64,000 bases of DNA, from NCBI RefSeq assembly GCF_036321535.1, contig NC_087437.1:62188001-62252000 (forward strand), given 5' to 3'. Positions 51,051 to 63,390 of this stretch are shown here, piece after piece. This DNA comes from Camelus dromedarius (Eukaryota). Made by a program: the position numbers and the translations under genes. Each line of letters opens with the position of its first letter. Position 1 is the first letter of the stretch. The notes beneath the pieces were generated by a model, which searched no databases, was not told the DNA's origin, and was given only the letters and a program-made list of their open reading frames with translations.

Positions 51051-53857
51051 TCTCAGAGGGTTTCAGCCAAGGTGTGTGGTCACTTGGCCATGTTTAATTG
51101 GTGAAGTCGTGTAATCTTAGAAATTCCAGGGCTCCTGCTGAGCCCTCCCTCTCTGGCATCCTGGCTGCCTTCACCTAGGTGCAGGTCCTCAACATCTGGC
51201 ACCCAGACTCCTGTTAACCTCCACACTTGTCTCCTGCCTCCAGATTCTCCCACATTCTGTTTCTCCTTCTCACTGTCCACTGAATGATCTTTCTAAAAAA
51301 AAAAAAAAAAACTCTCATCCTGTTTCCCTTTCTTAAAAACCTTCCTTTAGATTCCATCTTGGTGTGATCTGCAAGATTCTTAACCGTCCTGCCTTGCCTT
51401 ACCTTCTTGGCCATTTTTCTCATGACAACCAACGCACATGCAACTACAGCCAGACACATGCCCCAAACACATCATGTTCTTTATCCCTTCCTGCCTTGGC
51501 CCATGCTGTTTTGCCTTCTCAGGTTGCTTCACTTCCCCCTTTTCCATCTGAAAAAAGCCAATGTATTGTTTCAAATCTATCTAATTTTTCAGACCCCCTC
51601 TGAGGATTCCCTGATTTCATCTGTGGAAGCATGATGTTTGAGTCACATGAGTGGTAGAAACACTTACCATATTGTTTGATACATTTGCTTACACATTTGT
51701 CTTCAAGTCTACTCGTCTGTCTGTCTTAAGGAAAAGAAATATAAGTTTTACCCCTTTTCCCCTAGTCGGTTAGCTTTCTTTAGTCACAAATCAAGTCTTT
51801 CTACCTTGTGTTCATCACAATATTCCCACATAGTACGTGGCACTGACAAACACTCAGTAAAGGCTAATTGAATTGATGAACAATTGTACAAATATTGGCT
51901 AAAAATGTTTAAACATTGATAGGTCAAGTAGAATAGAAAGGGTTAAACTATTATTAGAACCCCATGTGTGACGAACCAGATGCCATAAAATAGTAAGAAT
52001 CAAAGCACTATTGAATAAATAATATTGAGAGCAAATGGATCAGAAAAATTAACTCAGGGCTATATTTGATACCTTATATAGCCACACAGTCCTTATTTAT
52101 ACCAGCTGCACAAGAGAGATATTTCTGACTATTGAAGACATCATCAAAGACAAAAAGGATCTGATTAAGCAGGAATAAAAAACATTTGCACAACACAGTG
52201 TCACAGAAGGAAACAATGATTCTGACAGACACAACTGATAAAAGCATACCTTCCAAAGCATATTATTTTTAAAAACAGGAAGATCAAAATCCAGATTCAA
52301 CAGAAGAGAGTTCAGAGGAGATGAGCCCTCAGTTTACATGGGAAAGACCAATGCCCAGACTCATTTGTTGTCCATTCAATGAACTAACTTTCATGGTTGA
52401 GTGTTGAATGTTGTTAGTAGCTAAAAATAGGCAGCATTTATTGAGCTTGTCCGTTGTGCCTGGCATGGAAGATAATCACTTAACACAGATTATCTCAGCT
52501 CAGCTCAGCTCCGATTTAGGCAGTGTTGGTACCTTTTTACAGATGACAGAAGGGAGGCTTGGGGAAGTTAAACACTTGCTCCATTTGACCCCAGGTCGGT
52601 CTCACTTTATAACGTGTGGTCTTAACCCCTACACAATGTGTGTGCTGCCTGGTGGTCAGTATCTTTTATGAAGTAGGCCACAGTGTTGATTAAATGAACC
52701 TAAATTAAACCACTGTTAAGATGTCATTGCATATCTGTTAAGCTATCAAAGATTTAAAAAACAGTAGGTCGGTGGTTATCAGCTATAGGTACACATTGCT
52801 GGAAGCAATGTCAATGGATTCATTCCTTTTGGACCTGTTGATTAAATTTGGGAGGTTTTCTTCAGAAACCAGCAGTTTTGCTGCCACAGGGAACAAAGTT
52901 GTGGGCCGGGTCTTTAGAAGCTCAGTGTGGTGAGCTCAGTAGAAAATGGGATGGGAAAAGCCTCAGCTTTGCTAGCCAGAGGTAGCAGACCCAGCGAGGG
53001 TGAGCAGTGGAGCAGCCAGAAATTTAACAGGAAAATCCTAGAAGTGAGAGTGCCGTAGAAAGACCACAGGTCCCCACACACCCCTGCCTGGGGACCTACG
53101 AGAGAGAATGCCGATAGTCAGAGCCAGCGGAGACTGGAGACTGGCTGCAGCTGCCCTGTGCTCCCCGACCCGCACACAGATCCACAGGCAGAAGGTGGAG
53201 GCCTCCTGGGCCTGGCGGATGGGGCAGCTCCATGCTGGTAAGAACTGGGGTGGGGTTGGGGGCAGCCCGGAAGGAAAGCCGTAGACTCTCCCGCTCTTCC
53301 CCTCAACTCCAGCGTTTTTTTAAAAATAAACACTTCTTATTTAGTTGTCCCCATTTGGTAAATTTCTAGAGCCCTGAGTGATTGTTTTTGATGATTTTGC
53401 CTAATTGTGTACTTATCTCTTATGGAGAGGATTTTTGACTTCTTCACATGGCCATAGCTCAAAGTTTCTCTGGTTCAGTGTTTCTGGAGAATCATCTTGT
53501 AAGATGTAACAAGAGATATAAAACTATTTAATTACTCTGACGTAGTAAATCTATTGGGGGGGATTGTATTTCAAGGAAACAACCCCACATCAAACAACAA
53601 ACCATAAAATCTTTCCAGGATCATCATAGCTGCATTGTTAGTGCTAATGACAAACTAGAAATAACTTAAATGTGCAGCATTTAGAAAATGGTTAAAAGAA
53701 TTTGTAGAGCCAACTTGATAAAATACCACATGGACTTGAAACACCATCCTTTGTGGACCATACCAATGCACATGCTCAGTTTGTACATGCCAGCAAGAAC
53801 TGTGTGTTCATTTATTCTGATGAAGTTATGGAGTGCATTTGCAGAGCTGATTTAATA

Positions 53858-54324
53858 TCTTTTTTTACTGAAGTACAGTTGATTTACAATGTTGTGTTAG
53901 TTTCTGGTATACAGCATAGTGCTTCAGTTATGCATATATATATTATTTTTCACATTCTATTTCATTATAGGTTATTACAAGATACTGAATATAGTTCCCT
54001 GTGCTATACAGTAGGAGCTTGTATCTGCAAATCCCAAACTGCCAGTTTATTCCTCTATACCCTGTTTTACCCCTGGTAACTATAAGTTTGTCTTCTATGT
54101 CTGTGAGTCTGTTTCTGTTTTGTAAGTAAGTTCACTTGTGTCTTTTTCTTTTGGATTCAACATATAAGTGGTATCATATGATATTTGCCTTTCTCTGTCT
54201 GACTTACTTCACTTAGTATGATAATCTCTAGGTCCATCCATGTTGCTACAGATGGCATTATTTCACTCTTTTCTATGGCTGAGTAGTATTCCATTGCATA
54301 TATATTATATGTACATATAATACA

Positions 54325-54364
<40 letters not shown>
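53858..54364 (-). mobile_element. 5'-truncated artiodactyl-type L1 (3'UTR), ending in (TG)n(TA)n
   Basis: Poly-T, then 'actgaagtacagttgatttacaatgttgtgttagtttctgg'; 16-bp TSD CAGAG(C/T)TG(A/G)TTTAATA at 53842-53857 and 54365-54380. Confidence 0.9.
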
Positions 54365-54939
54365 CAGAGTTGGTTTAATACTGATTTTAAGTAATTTCCA
54401 AAAAATTATTTAAATTCATGATTTTAAAAACTAACATAATTGTTTTCCCCCTTCTTACTTAGTCTTTATATCTGCATGGGTGAACATAGAACTTGTTAGA
54501 CATGGTGCTAGATTTTAAAAGATAATTTAATGTTATGCATTATGTTTATTATTATATTTAATATTTTTAACATGCCTGATGCATAGTTCTGTTTACCTTT
54601 TCGGTTGTTTTATGACTAAGGCTTGATAAAGTTGCCTTCCTAGTTATTATTCTAGTATTTCTAACATGAGAAAATGTCGCCTCACACCATTAGTCCATAA
54701 GACTTGTTTCTCCCAGCATAATCCCTGAAAAGAGAAAACAAAAAGTTCCTTCAGTCATTCTGGAAGGGTTTTGAAACTCTAGCTGTTTAGGATTCTGAAT
54801 AATTGTCTGCCTGTGTTGTCATCCCTATTCAAAGTCACTGAGCATCCCTGCCTGAATACTCCCTCACATTGCTGACATATAAAACTTCACTGTCCTTGCT
54901 TCGAGGACACACCCCTCCTTATGACTTTCCCTGGAGTTC

Positions 54940-54947
<8 letters not shown>

Positions 54948-54988
<41 letters not shown>
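54948..54988. repeat. (AC)20 microsatellite
   Basis: Read directly from the sequence. Confidence 0.97.
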
Positions 54989-54992
<4 letters not shown>

Positions 54993-55939
54993 TATACCTC
55001 CCTTGGGTACAGTGTAATTGAGGTTGTACAAGATCAAGATCAAATATGAAAGAGTGAGCTTAACATTTTGCAAATCTCAGAGAGGCAAAAATCTAAGTCC
55101 TTCACCAATAGTGTTCCTTCTTAATAACCACAGGGGCAACTGTACTTCACTAAGCCTGTGATTGAAAAAATGAATCATGCATTGGGCGTGTTGAAAGTAT
55201 GCAGTTTAATCAATGACAATCATAGTAGTATTTCTTCTTTTTAAAAAAATTAATAGAGTCATCAATTCAAATCAGTCATAAATCTTGGCAGAGTTTATTT
55301 TAATCCATTATCAGTAAGGAGACATTTATTGAGCACTTCCTATACACAAACTCCTACATGCCTAGATTTAGCTTTTAGAGATACAGAAGACAGTCCTTGC
55401 TGTCAAGCTATGAAAGTATAAAATATAAGTATGATAGTTGGAAGCCCATGTTGAAGGCAGACAGATGTTGAGAAGATGAAGACTTCCTGGGGGTCTAAGA
55501 TGGTTTGTCCTTCACTTAACCTCATGTGTGGGATACTCACTACATTCCAAGCACTGTTCTGGGTGCTGGGGTTGGGAGACATGCTGAATAGACATAGAAA
55601 GTTTCTGCTGTCATTGAGCTTGCTTTCTAGTAGGGAAGACACATAATGAATAAGCAAATACAGTGGGAGGCTCTCCTCTTCATGCATTGATTCAGGGACT
55701 CAGGCACTTTCCATTTTTATGACTTCACCATCCCCTAGGTCCTTGTCATGTGCAGAGTCAAGACTGAATTGCCGTGTTCAGATTTGGGGCACAGGGAAGA
55801 GGCACACCTACTCTCTCAAAGACTTTGGGGCAGAAGTGGCATTCACCACTTCTGCTCAAGTTCCATTGGCGAGAACTTAGTAACATGACCTCTCTAACTG
55901 CAAGAGATCCTGGGAGATGTACTCTAACTGGGGTCTCTA

Positions 55940-57620
55940 CTGCAGGAGTGCACTACAGTAAATCAGTGGCTAGGACTAGGAATGGGAGCAATGGAGGTGG
56001 TAAGGCATGGTCATATTCTGAATATTTTTTGATGGTAGAATCAACAGGATTTGCTGATGGAATAGCTGTAGGTATGAGAACAAGAGAGGAGTCAAGGATG
56101 AATCTTAGATATTTGAGTGAATGCTGGTATCATTTACTCAGTTGAAGAAGACTTGGGAAGAATAGATTTCTGCTTTAGTCATGTTAACGTTTGAGGTGTT
56201 TAACAGCCATGTGAGGGATGATATTGAGAAGACAACTAGATACACAAAACTTTAGTTGAAGGGAGAGGTTGGAGATGATATTAACTTGGAATTTTTTTTG
56301 TTTTAACTCAGCCAGTCAAAGGCCAGTTGTGATCTGGTCTTTATTTATTTTATTTTATTTTTTAAACTTTTTTTTATTGAGTTACAGTGATTTTATAATG
56401 TTGTGTCAAATTCCAGTGTAGAGCACAATTTTTCAGTTATTCATAAACATATATATATTCATTGTCATGGAATTATTAATATATGGATAGTATTTAAAGT
56501 CATGGGACTTGCAGAGATCTTCTAGGAGTGAGTATATGCAGAATAAAGAAGAGAGCTGAGGACTGAATGAATGCTGGGATAGTCTAATATTTTAGAGTTG
56601 AAAAGAGGAGGTGAGTCAGCAGAGGAGACTGAGAAGAAGTGGGCATTGAGATAGGAGGAAAACTGGGAGAGTGAGGCATCCTAGAAACCAAGAAAAGAAT
56701 GTGTTTCAATAAGAAGGAAGTCATCACCTGTGTCAGATGCTATCTGAAAGGTCAAGTAGGATGAGGACTGGGAGTCGACCATTGAGTTGGAAAACATTCA
56801 AGTCATTGACAACCTTAGGAAGAATAGTCTAAGTGGAATGGTGTATACAATCCTACGAGTGGGTTGAGGAAACAACAGAGGTAGAAACCATATGGATAAT
56901 TCTTTTGACATGTTTTGCTGTAAGGGAGACAAAGAAATAGGACAGTAGCTAGAGGGTGACCAGGATGTATTTGTTTAGTTGGGAGAAATTACGCTGTATT
57001 TGTACTTGATAGAGATGATTTAGTAGAGGATGGAAAAACTGATGACAAAAAAAGCACACTCCTGAAGCAGGGCACAAATGGAGAGATGGGCCTTAGGTTG
57101 GAGCTGGGACTGTCCACTCTAAAAATGAAAAGGCAGATGAGAGGGTACAGATGCCAAGTGGGTTGGTAGATTTGGTGATGAGAAAATATTAAAGCTTCTT
57201 TTGAGAGGAGAGTTTGTAAATTTGTTATATCAGAGAGTAAGAGAATGAGTTGACTAGGTTTAAGACTGCTGAGTAATGCTGAAATGTGGAAGCAGATGAT
57301 AAACACAATATTCTTGGACCATGGAATCTAAGCTAGATAAGAAGGTGGTGAAAAGAGAAGGTAGATGATAGAAAGTAAAAAACATACTAGGGAAAGTTGA
57401 CTGAAAGTTCCTCTGCAGGCTATAAATAGTTGGGGTGGGAGACAGCAGAGCAAATGAGAAAAAAAGGAGGTGACAGGCTGAGAGTAGATTGATTGGAATC
57501 ATAATTTAGGAAGTGAAAGCTTCCTGGTAAAGACAAGCCTCAAGTGTGGCCAAGGGATTTAGTTGTTGGGGAGAGTGGAAGTTGTCTTTTAGGCTGAGTT
57601 ACAATATTAGAGAAGAGGAA
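55940..57620 (-). mobile_element. L2 LINE body, interrupted by the L1 at 56294-56467
   Basis: Purine-rich antisense L2 motifs ('tcaacaggatttgctgatgga', 'gtcaagtaggatgaggactg'). Confidence 0.7.
56294..56467 (-). mobile_element. Short young L1 3' end with an extra 3' segment
   Basis: TSD TGGAATT (56287-56293 and 56468-56474); L1 3' terminus, A-rich tail, 40 bp of unrelated sequence, then a second A-tail. Confidence 0.8.
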
Positions 57621-57701
57621 CCCAGAGGTATTCGCTAATGAAAATACTAGAGGGTTTGATAACAAATTAATAACCAAGGATTTGGCTCATTTATTTTTTA
57701 G

Positions 57702-57796
57702 ATTTCTTCCCAAAGTCTGGGCTCCAGGAAAAAGATATCCAGAGACCAACTTCTTTCTACAGCCGCATATGCAACCCCTGGGTCTCCCTGTTGGGG
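57702..57796 (+). CDS. SLC12A8: SLC12A8 internal coding exon (~exon 11), 95 nt, phase 1/0
   Basis: Acceptor atttttta g| and donor GGG|gtgagt. Encodes (D)FFPKSGLQEKDIQRPTSFYSRICNPWVSLLG. Not in the ORF track; found by reading the sequence. Confidence 0.95.
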
Positions 57797-58339
57797 GTGA
57801 GTAGCTTCATTTTGATTGTCCTTGAGATGTAATTCAGGTGGAGCTGTGTCATTTTGCAGTGGAGGGTAAGGGAGGAAAGAGGGGAGTCTTCATTAGGAGC
57901 AATGTGATTTAATTGCCTATTATATTAGAATTTAGATGAGGCTACATATGGCAAGATTACATTTAATGAACCACTTATTTTAATCAGTGGTTTACTTTTT
58001 AAATAATTAATCATCTCCAATAACCTCTGGGTCACCAAATTTCTAGGTACATCAAATTAGCACAATTTCACTCTAATTTGTTTCTTCTGGAAAGGAGTAG
58101 GACAAGGAGCTAGAATGGAATATTGATTGATTGTTGATTAGAGGGTACTTTCAGGAGGATGTCTTCTCAAATATCTGTTTGAGAGATTTTTTGAATTATG
58201 AGTGAACTTCAATTATTCAGACTTTTATAGTGATCAGAGGTTGGTGATATGGACTGTTGTTTCTTAAGGGCCTAGCCTTATGCTTGCTTACCATGAAATA
58301 AACCATTAGTAAACTATCCTTCCTACTCTGTTTCCACAG

Positions 58340-58457
58340 GCTTTTGGGTCCCTTCTCATCATGTTTGTGATCCAGTGGGTCTATACCCTGGTTAACATAG
58401 GTGTTGCTGCCATTGTGTATTTCTACATTGGTCGGACCAGTCCAGGGCTTCACCTGG
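58340..58457 (+). CDS. SLC12A8: SLC12A8 internal coding exon (~exon 12), 118 nt, phase 0/1
   Basis: Acceptor tttccacag| and donor CTGG|gtaagc. Encodes [39 protein letters not shown](G) (TM11-12). Confidence 0.96.
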
Positions 58458-58835
58458 GTAAGCAACAGAGCTGTATTGCCACCACTTCTTGTCTTCTTTT
58501 TTAGCATTTACTGAAAAAATGTGTTTTGAAAACCTATTAAATGCCAGCACTGTCTCAAATACGAATCCCATTTTCAAGGAGCTGACAGTCTAGGAGAAAA
58601 AATATGGCATTTACATAAATGGTGACAAATGAAAAATAATAATAACTTGTGAGGTTTATAAGACATGTAGAAGTAAAATGGATGACAACAATAGCATAAG
58701 GGCCAGGAGGGAAGAAATGGGAATATACTATTGGAAGGTTCTTATACTATAAGTGAAGTACGAAAATACCACTTAAAGGCAGACTGTGAGGAGTTAAAAA
58801 TGTGTACTACAAACCCTAAAGCAACTACTAAAATA

Positions 58836-59308
58836 CGGGCATACCTTGGAAATACTGAGTTCAGTTTCTGCCCTAAGAAGAATACTGCAATAAAGCGAGT
58901 CACACAAATTTTTTTGTTTCCTAGTGCATATAAAAGTTATGTTTACACTATACTGTAGTCTATTAAGTGTGCAATAGCATTATGTCTAAAAAAAGTACAT
59001 ACTTTAATTTTAAAGTACTTTATTATTAAAAAAATGCTAACCATCATCTGAACCTTCACCAAATTGTAGTATTAACATTAAAGATCACTGATCACAGGTC
59101 ATCGTAACAAATATTATAATAATGGAAAACTTTGAAATATTAAAAGAATTACCAAAATATGACACAGAGAAACAAAGTGAGCAAATGCTGTTGGGAAATG
59201 GTGCTGATCGATTTGCTTGATGCAGGATTGCCACAAACCTTCAACTTGTAAAAGATGCAATACTGAGGAGCACAATAAAGCAATGTACAGTAAAATGAGG
59301 TATGCCTG
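58836..59308 (-). mobile_element. Tigger1-derived internally deleted element (Tc1/mariner MITE)
   Basis: TIRs C(G)GGCATACCT...AGGTATGCCTG with TA on both sides (58834-58835 and 59309-59310). Confidence 0.9.
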
Positions 59309-60674
59309 TAAAACCACGAAGAGTTACAATAAGCCAATAAAGGGGATAAAACTGAATTTAAAATACTCAAAAATAAAGCAGAAAAAGATAATAAAGGACA
59401 TATGGGCAAACCAAAAATAAATAACGAGGTAGTTTATATAAACCTGGCCATATCAATAATCACATTAAATATAAATAGTCTAAACAGTCCCAATTAAATA
59501 GTCTAAACACTGAGACTGTCAGACTGAAAGGATATAAAGCCTGATCCTACTATATGCTGTCTACAAGAAGCTTACTTTAAATATAAGTTAAAAGTAAAAA
59601 GATGGAAAAGATATATCATGATAAGATAAATCAAACAAAGCTGGAGTGACTATATTAAAACCAGACAAAGTAGATTTCAAAGAAAAGAATATTACCAGGG
59701 ATAAAGAGGATAATTTCATAAAGATAAAGGGCAAATTAATCAAGAGGGCATAATAAATCATAACTTTTATGCACTTGAAAGCAGAACTTTGAAATATATA
59801 AAGTAAAACCTTGATAGATCTGGAACAATAGGTAGAAAAGTTCTCAATTGTAGTCAGAGATTTCAGCACCTCACTCTCAATAACTGATAAAACAAATAGG
59901 CAAAAAAATCAGTAGGGCTTTAGAAGACTTGAGTAACATTATCAACAAACCTAGTCAAACTGATATGTATAGAACATTCCACCTAACAACAGAAGAATAT
60001 ATATCCTTTCCAAGTGTACATGAAACATTTACCAGGATAAACCATATTCTAGAACATTTCTCAAAGGTCTCAGTAAATTTAAAGGCATTAAAGTCAATTC
60101 AAGAACAAAGGGGAAGTAAAATAGAAATAAATACCAGAAAGATATCTGGAAAATCCCCAAATGTTTAGAAACTAAAGAACCCTAAATAACACTAAATGAC
60201 TAAGAACACTAAATAAACTGAAGACTAAATAACTCTTGGTTCATAGAAGAGATAGTGAAATTAAAAAGTATTTTGAACTGAATGAAAATGAAAATTATAC
60301 TTACCAAAATTGTGAGATGCAGCTACTTTTATTAGAGAAGCATCAAATGCTTCTATTAGAGAAGAAAAAAGATCTCAAATCAATGATTCAAATTTTCAAC
60401 TTCAAAAACTAGAGAAAGAACAAATTAAACCCAAATAAGCAGAAACAAAGAAACAATAAAGATTAAAGTAGAAATCAATAAAATATAAAACAGGAAAAAT
60501 ACAGAATGCCAGTGAAACAAAAAGCTGGTTATATGAGATCAATAAAATTCACAGACCTCTACCAGACTGATCAGAATAAAAGGAGAGGAAACACAAATGA
60601 CCAATACCAGAAGTGAGAGAGATGACATTACTAGAGAGTCTACAGATATGAAAAGGGAAATAAAGAAATATTAT

Positions 60675-60826
60675 GGAGGTGGAGGATATAGCTCAGTGGT
60701 AGAGTGTGTGCTTAGCATGCATGAGGTCCTGGGTTCAATCCCCAGTACTTCCGTCAAAATCAATCAATCAATCAATCAAATTACCTCCCCCAAAACAAAA
60801 CAAATAAAAACAAAAATATATTTAAA
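60675..60826 (+). mobile_element. tRNA-Ala-derived SINE (Vic-1-like) inserted in L1 ORF2
   Basis: A-box TAGCTCAGTGG and B-box GGTTCAATCC; perfect 13-bp TSD AAAGAAATATTAT (60662-60674 and 60827-60839). Confidence 0.93.
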
Positions 60827-62836
60827 AAAGAAATATTATAAACAGCTTTATGCCAATAAATTTGACAACTTCAGTGAATTGGACACATTCCTTGAAAGAT
60901 ACAAACTATCAAAGCTCACTCTAGAAGACATATAGGGCTATTTATGTCATCTATTAAAGGAATTAAACTTGTCATTAAAAATTTTCCCATAAAGAAAACC
61001 CTAGGCCCACTCAGATGGCTTCACTACTGAAACCTATCAAATATTTAAGGAAGAAAGAATATCAGTTCTATACAAGTGCTTCACAAAATATCCCTCATGA
61101 ACATAGATGTAAAAATTCTTAACAAAATGTTAACAAATTGAATACAAAATAATACAAAAAGCATAATAATACATCATAATCAAGTGGGTTTATCCCAGGA
61201 ATTCAAAGTTGGTTTAACATTCTTAATCAATCAATGTAATTCACCATATTTACAGGCTAGAAGAGGAAAACTTCAAAATATTTCTGAGAGGAAATTGAAG
61301 AAATAAATGAATATATATACTATATTCATGAATTGAAAGATTCAATATCTTTAAGATGTCACTTCTCCTCAGAGCTTTCTATGGAGTAGATACAATCCCC
61401 AGCAAAATCACAGCTGCCTTTTTTGTAGAAATTAGAAAGCAGATCCTAAAATATTTATATGGAAATTCAAAGGACCTAGAATAGCACAATCTACTTTGTA
61501 AAAGAAAACCAAAGTTGGAGGACTAAGATTACCTGATTTCAAAACTAATTATAAAGCAAAAGTAATCAAGACAGCATGGTATTGGAAACAAGATATACAA
61601 ATAAATCAATGGACAGAGTAGAGAGTCCAGAAATTGCAAAGGCAATGCAGTGGAGGAAAAAAATAATCTTTTCAGCAGATGGTGCTGGAATAGTTGGAAA
61701 TCTACAAGCAAAAGACAAACTTTGATCCATAAATTATACAATGTAAAAATAGCTCCAAATGGATCCTAGAAAATACGGGAAAAAAACATTTTGACTGTGA
61801 GTGAGGCAAAGATTTCTTAGATACAACATCAAAAGTAGGAAAAAATTTGATAAATGGACTGCATCACAATTAAGGTTTTTGATCTCCCAAACACACTTAA
61901 GGAAGGCAAAGGCAAGCCATAGACTCTGAGAAAATATTAGTGAATTGTAAGTATCTAGAATATATAAAAACTCTCAAAACTCAATAATAAGAAAACAACA
62001 AAAAATTCAAAATGGGCATAAGTTTTAAATGGATTTCAGCAGAGAACATATATGGATAACAAATAGGCACATGAAAAAATGCTCAATGTGATTAGTCATT
62101 AAGAAATGCAAATTAAAACCACAATATAATATTACTACACATCTGTTAGAGTGATTAAAATGAAAAATACTGATCATGCCAAGTGCTGACAAGGATGTGG
62201 AGCAGCTAGAACTATCATGTACAGCTGGTGAGATTGTGAAAATAGTACTATCACTTGGTGAAACAGTTGGGCAGTCTATTAAAAAGTTAAACTTATACCT
62301 TCTGTATGAACTAGCCACTGTACTCTTAGGTATCTGTCCAAGAGAATTGAAAGCATATGGTCATACAAAAATGTGTACATGAATATTCATAGCAGCTTTA
62401 TTTGCAATAGTCAAAAACTGGAAACAATCCAAATGTCCATCAACAGGTGACTCTAAAAATAAATTATACTATAGCCATACAATGGAATACTATTTAGCAA
62501 TGAAAAGAATGGACTATTGATACACACAATAACATGGATGAATCTCAAAACAACTATGCTGAGTGAAAGAAACCAGATTTAAAGTACATAATGTAATATT
62601 TTATGCATATACATGTACAGTTAGTAAAAATGCAAACTAATCTATAATGACATCATTACCAGCAGTTGCCTTTGGATGAGGGTGGGTGTGTGGATGCATG
62701 GAAGGGAGGTCTTATGAAGTGGCTTGAAACAGCTTTTGGAGGTGGTGGATACGTTCATGATCTTGCTTGTAGTGATGGTTTTACAACGTATACGTATGTC
62801 AACACTCACCATTGTACACTTTAAATGCATGTTGCT

Positions 62837-63390
62837 TGTTCCAAAAATGTACCTGGGACTTGTATTAATCAGATATTGTAAGACACACAGGCACAGACAT
62901 GACTGTCATGAAGATGGAAGTCTACACTCACAGAGCCCTAGGAACAGGAGGCATGCATACCATGCAGAGCCACGTGGGGGAGGACCAAGGTTGCTCAGGA
63001 GGCAGAAAAGGAAGAGGGGAGAGCATGGCCCAGAGCCTTTATTAGGGTTTTAATGGGAAGCAATGGGCAAGGCCTGTAGGCAGCTGAGTAAGTTTAGGAT
63101 TGGATTGTTAGAGTAATTTCAGGGGGCTCTAGGTTATAGGGGTGGTCTCTGTTGTACTAGTTGTCTTGTATTTAGCCCTGGGATGATTTAAGGCAGGGGA
63201 ATATTGGCTTGATGTATCAGTTTGATGAAGGGGACGGTTGTGAGTGTGAGCCTGGATCGGTTGGTTTGTTTATTAAGGGTGTGCTCATAGGGGAGTTGTT
63301 TGCCATCTCTAGTAATTAACACCTCTAGGATCAAGACCCCAAATGCCAGAGCATCAGGAATAAAGAAAGGAAGGACATATTATTAATACT
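62837..63390 (-). mobile_element. Solo LTR, MER74-like (ERVL), inserted in the L1 3'UTR
   Basis: Reverse complement contains 'tgatgctctggcatttggggtcttg...actagagatggca' as in MER74; the L1 3'UTR resumes on the far side. Confidence 0.7.

Noticed and set aside
60170..60235. Degenerate CTAAATAAC-like tandem units
   Set aside because: Local slippage duplication within the L1; no evidence of function.
60675..60752. Apparent tRNA-Ala(AGC) gene (also at 20080 and 28267)
   Set aside because: A-rich tail, TSDs and stem mismatches show these are SINE copies, not tRNA genes.
59929..62382. L1 ORF2-like peptides as functional genes
   Set aside because: Fragmented by stops, frameshifts and insertions; the element is dead.
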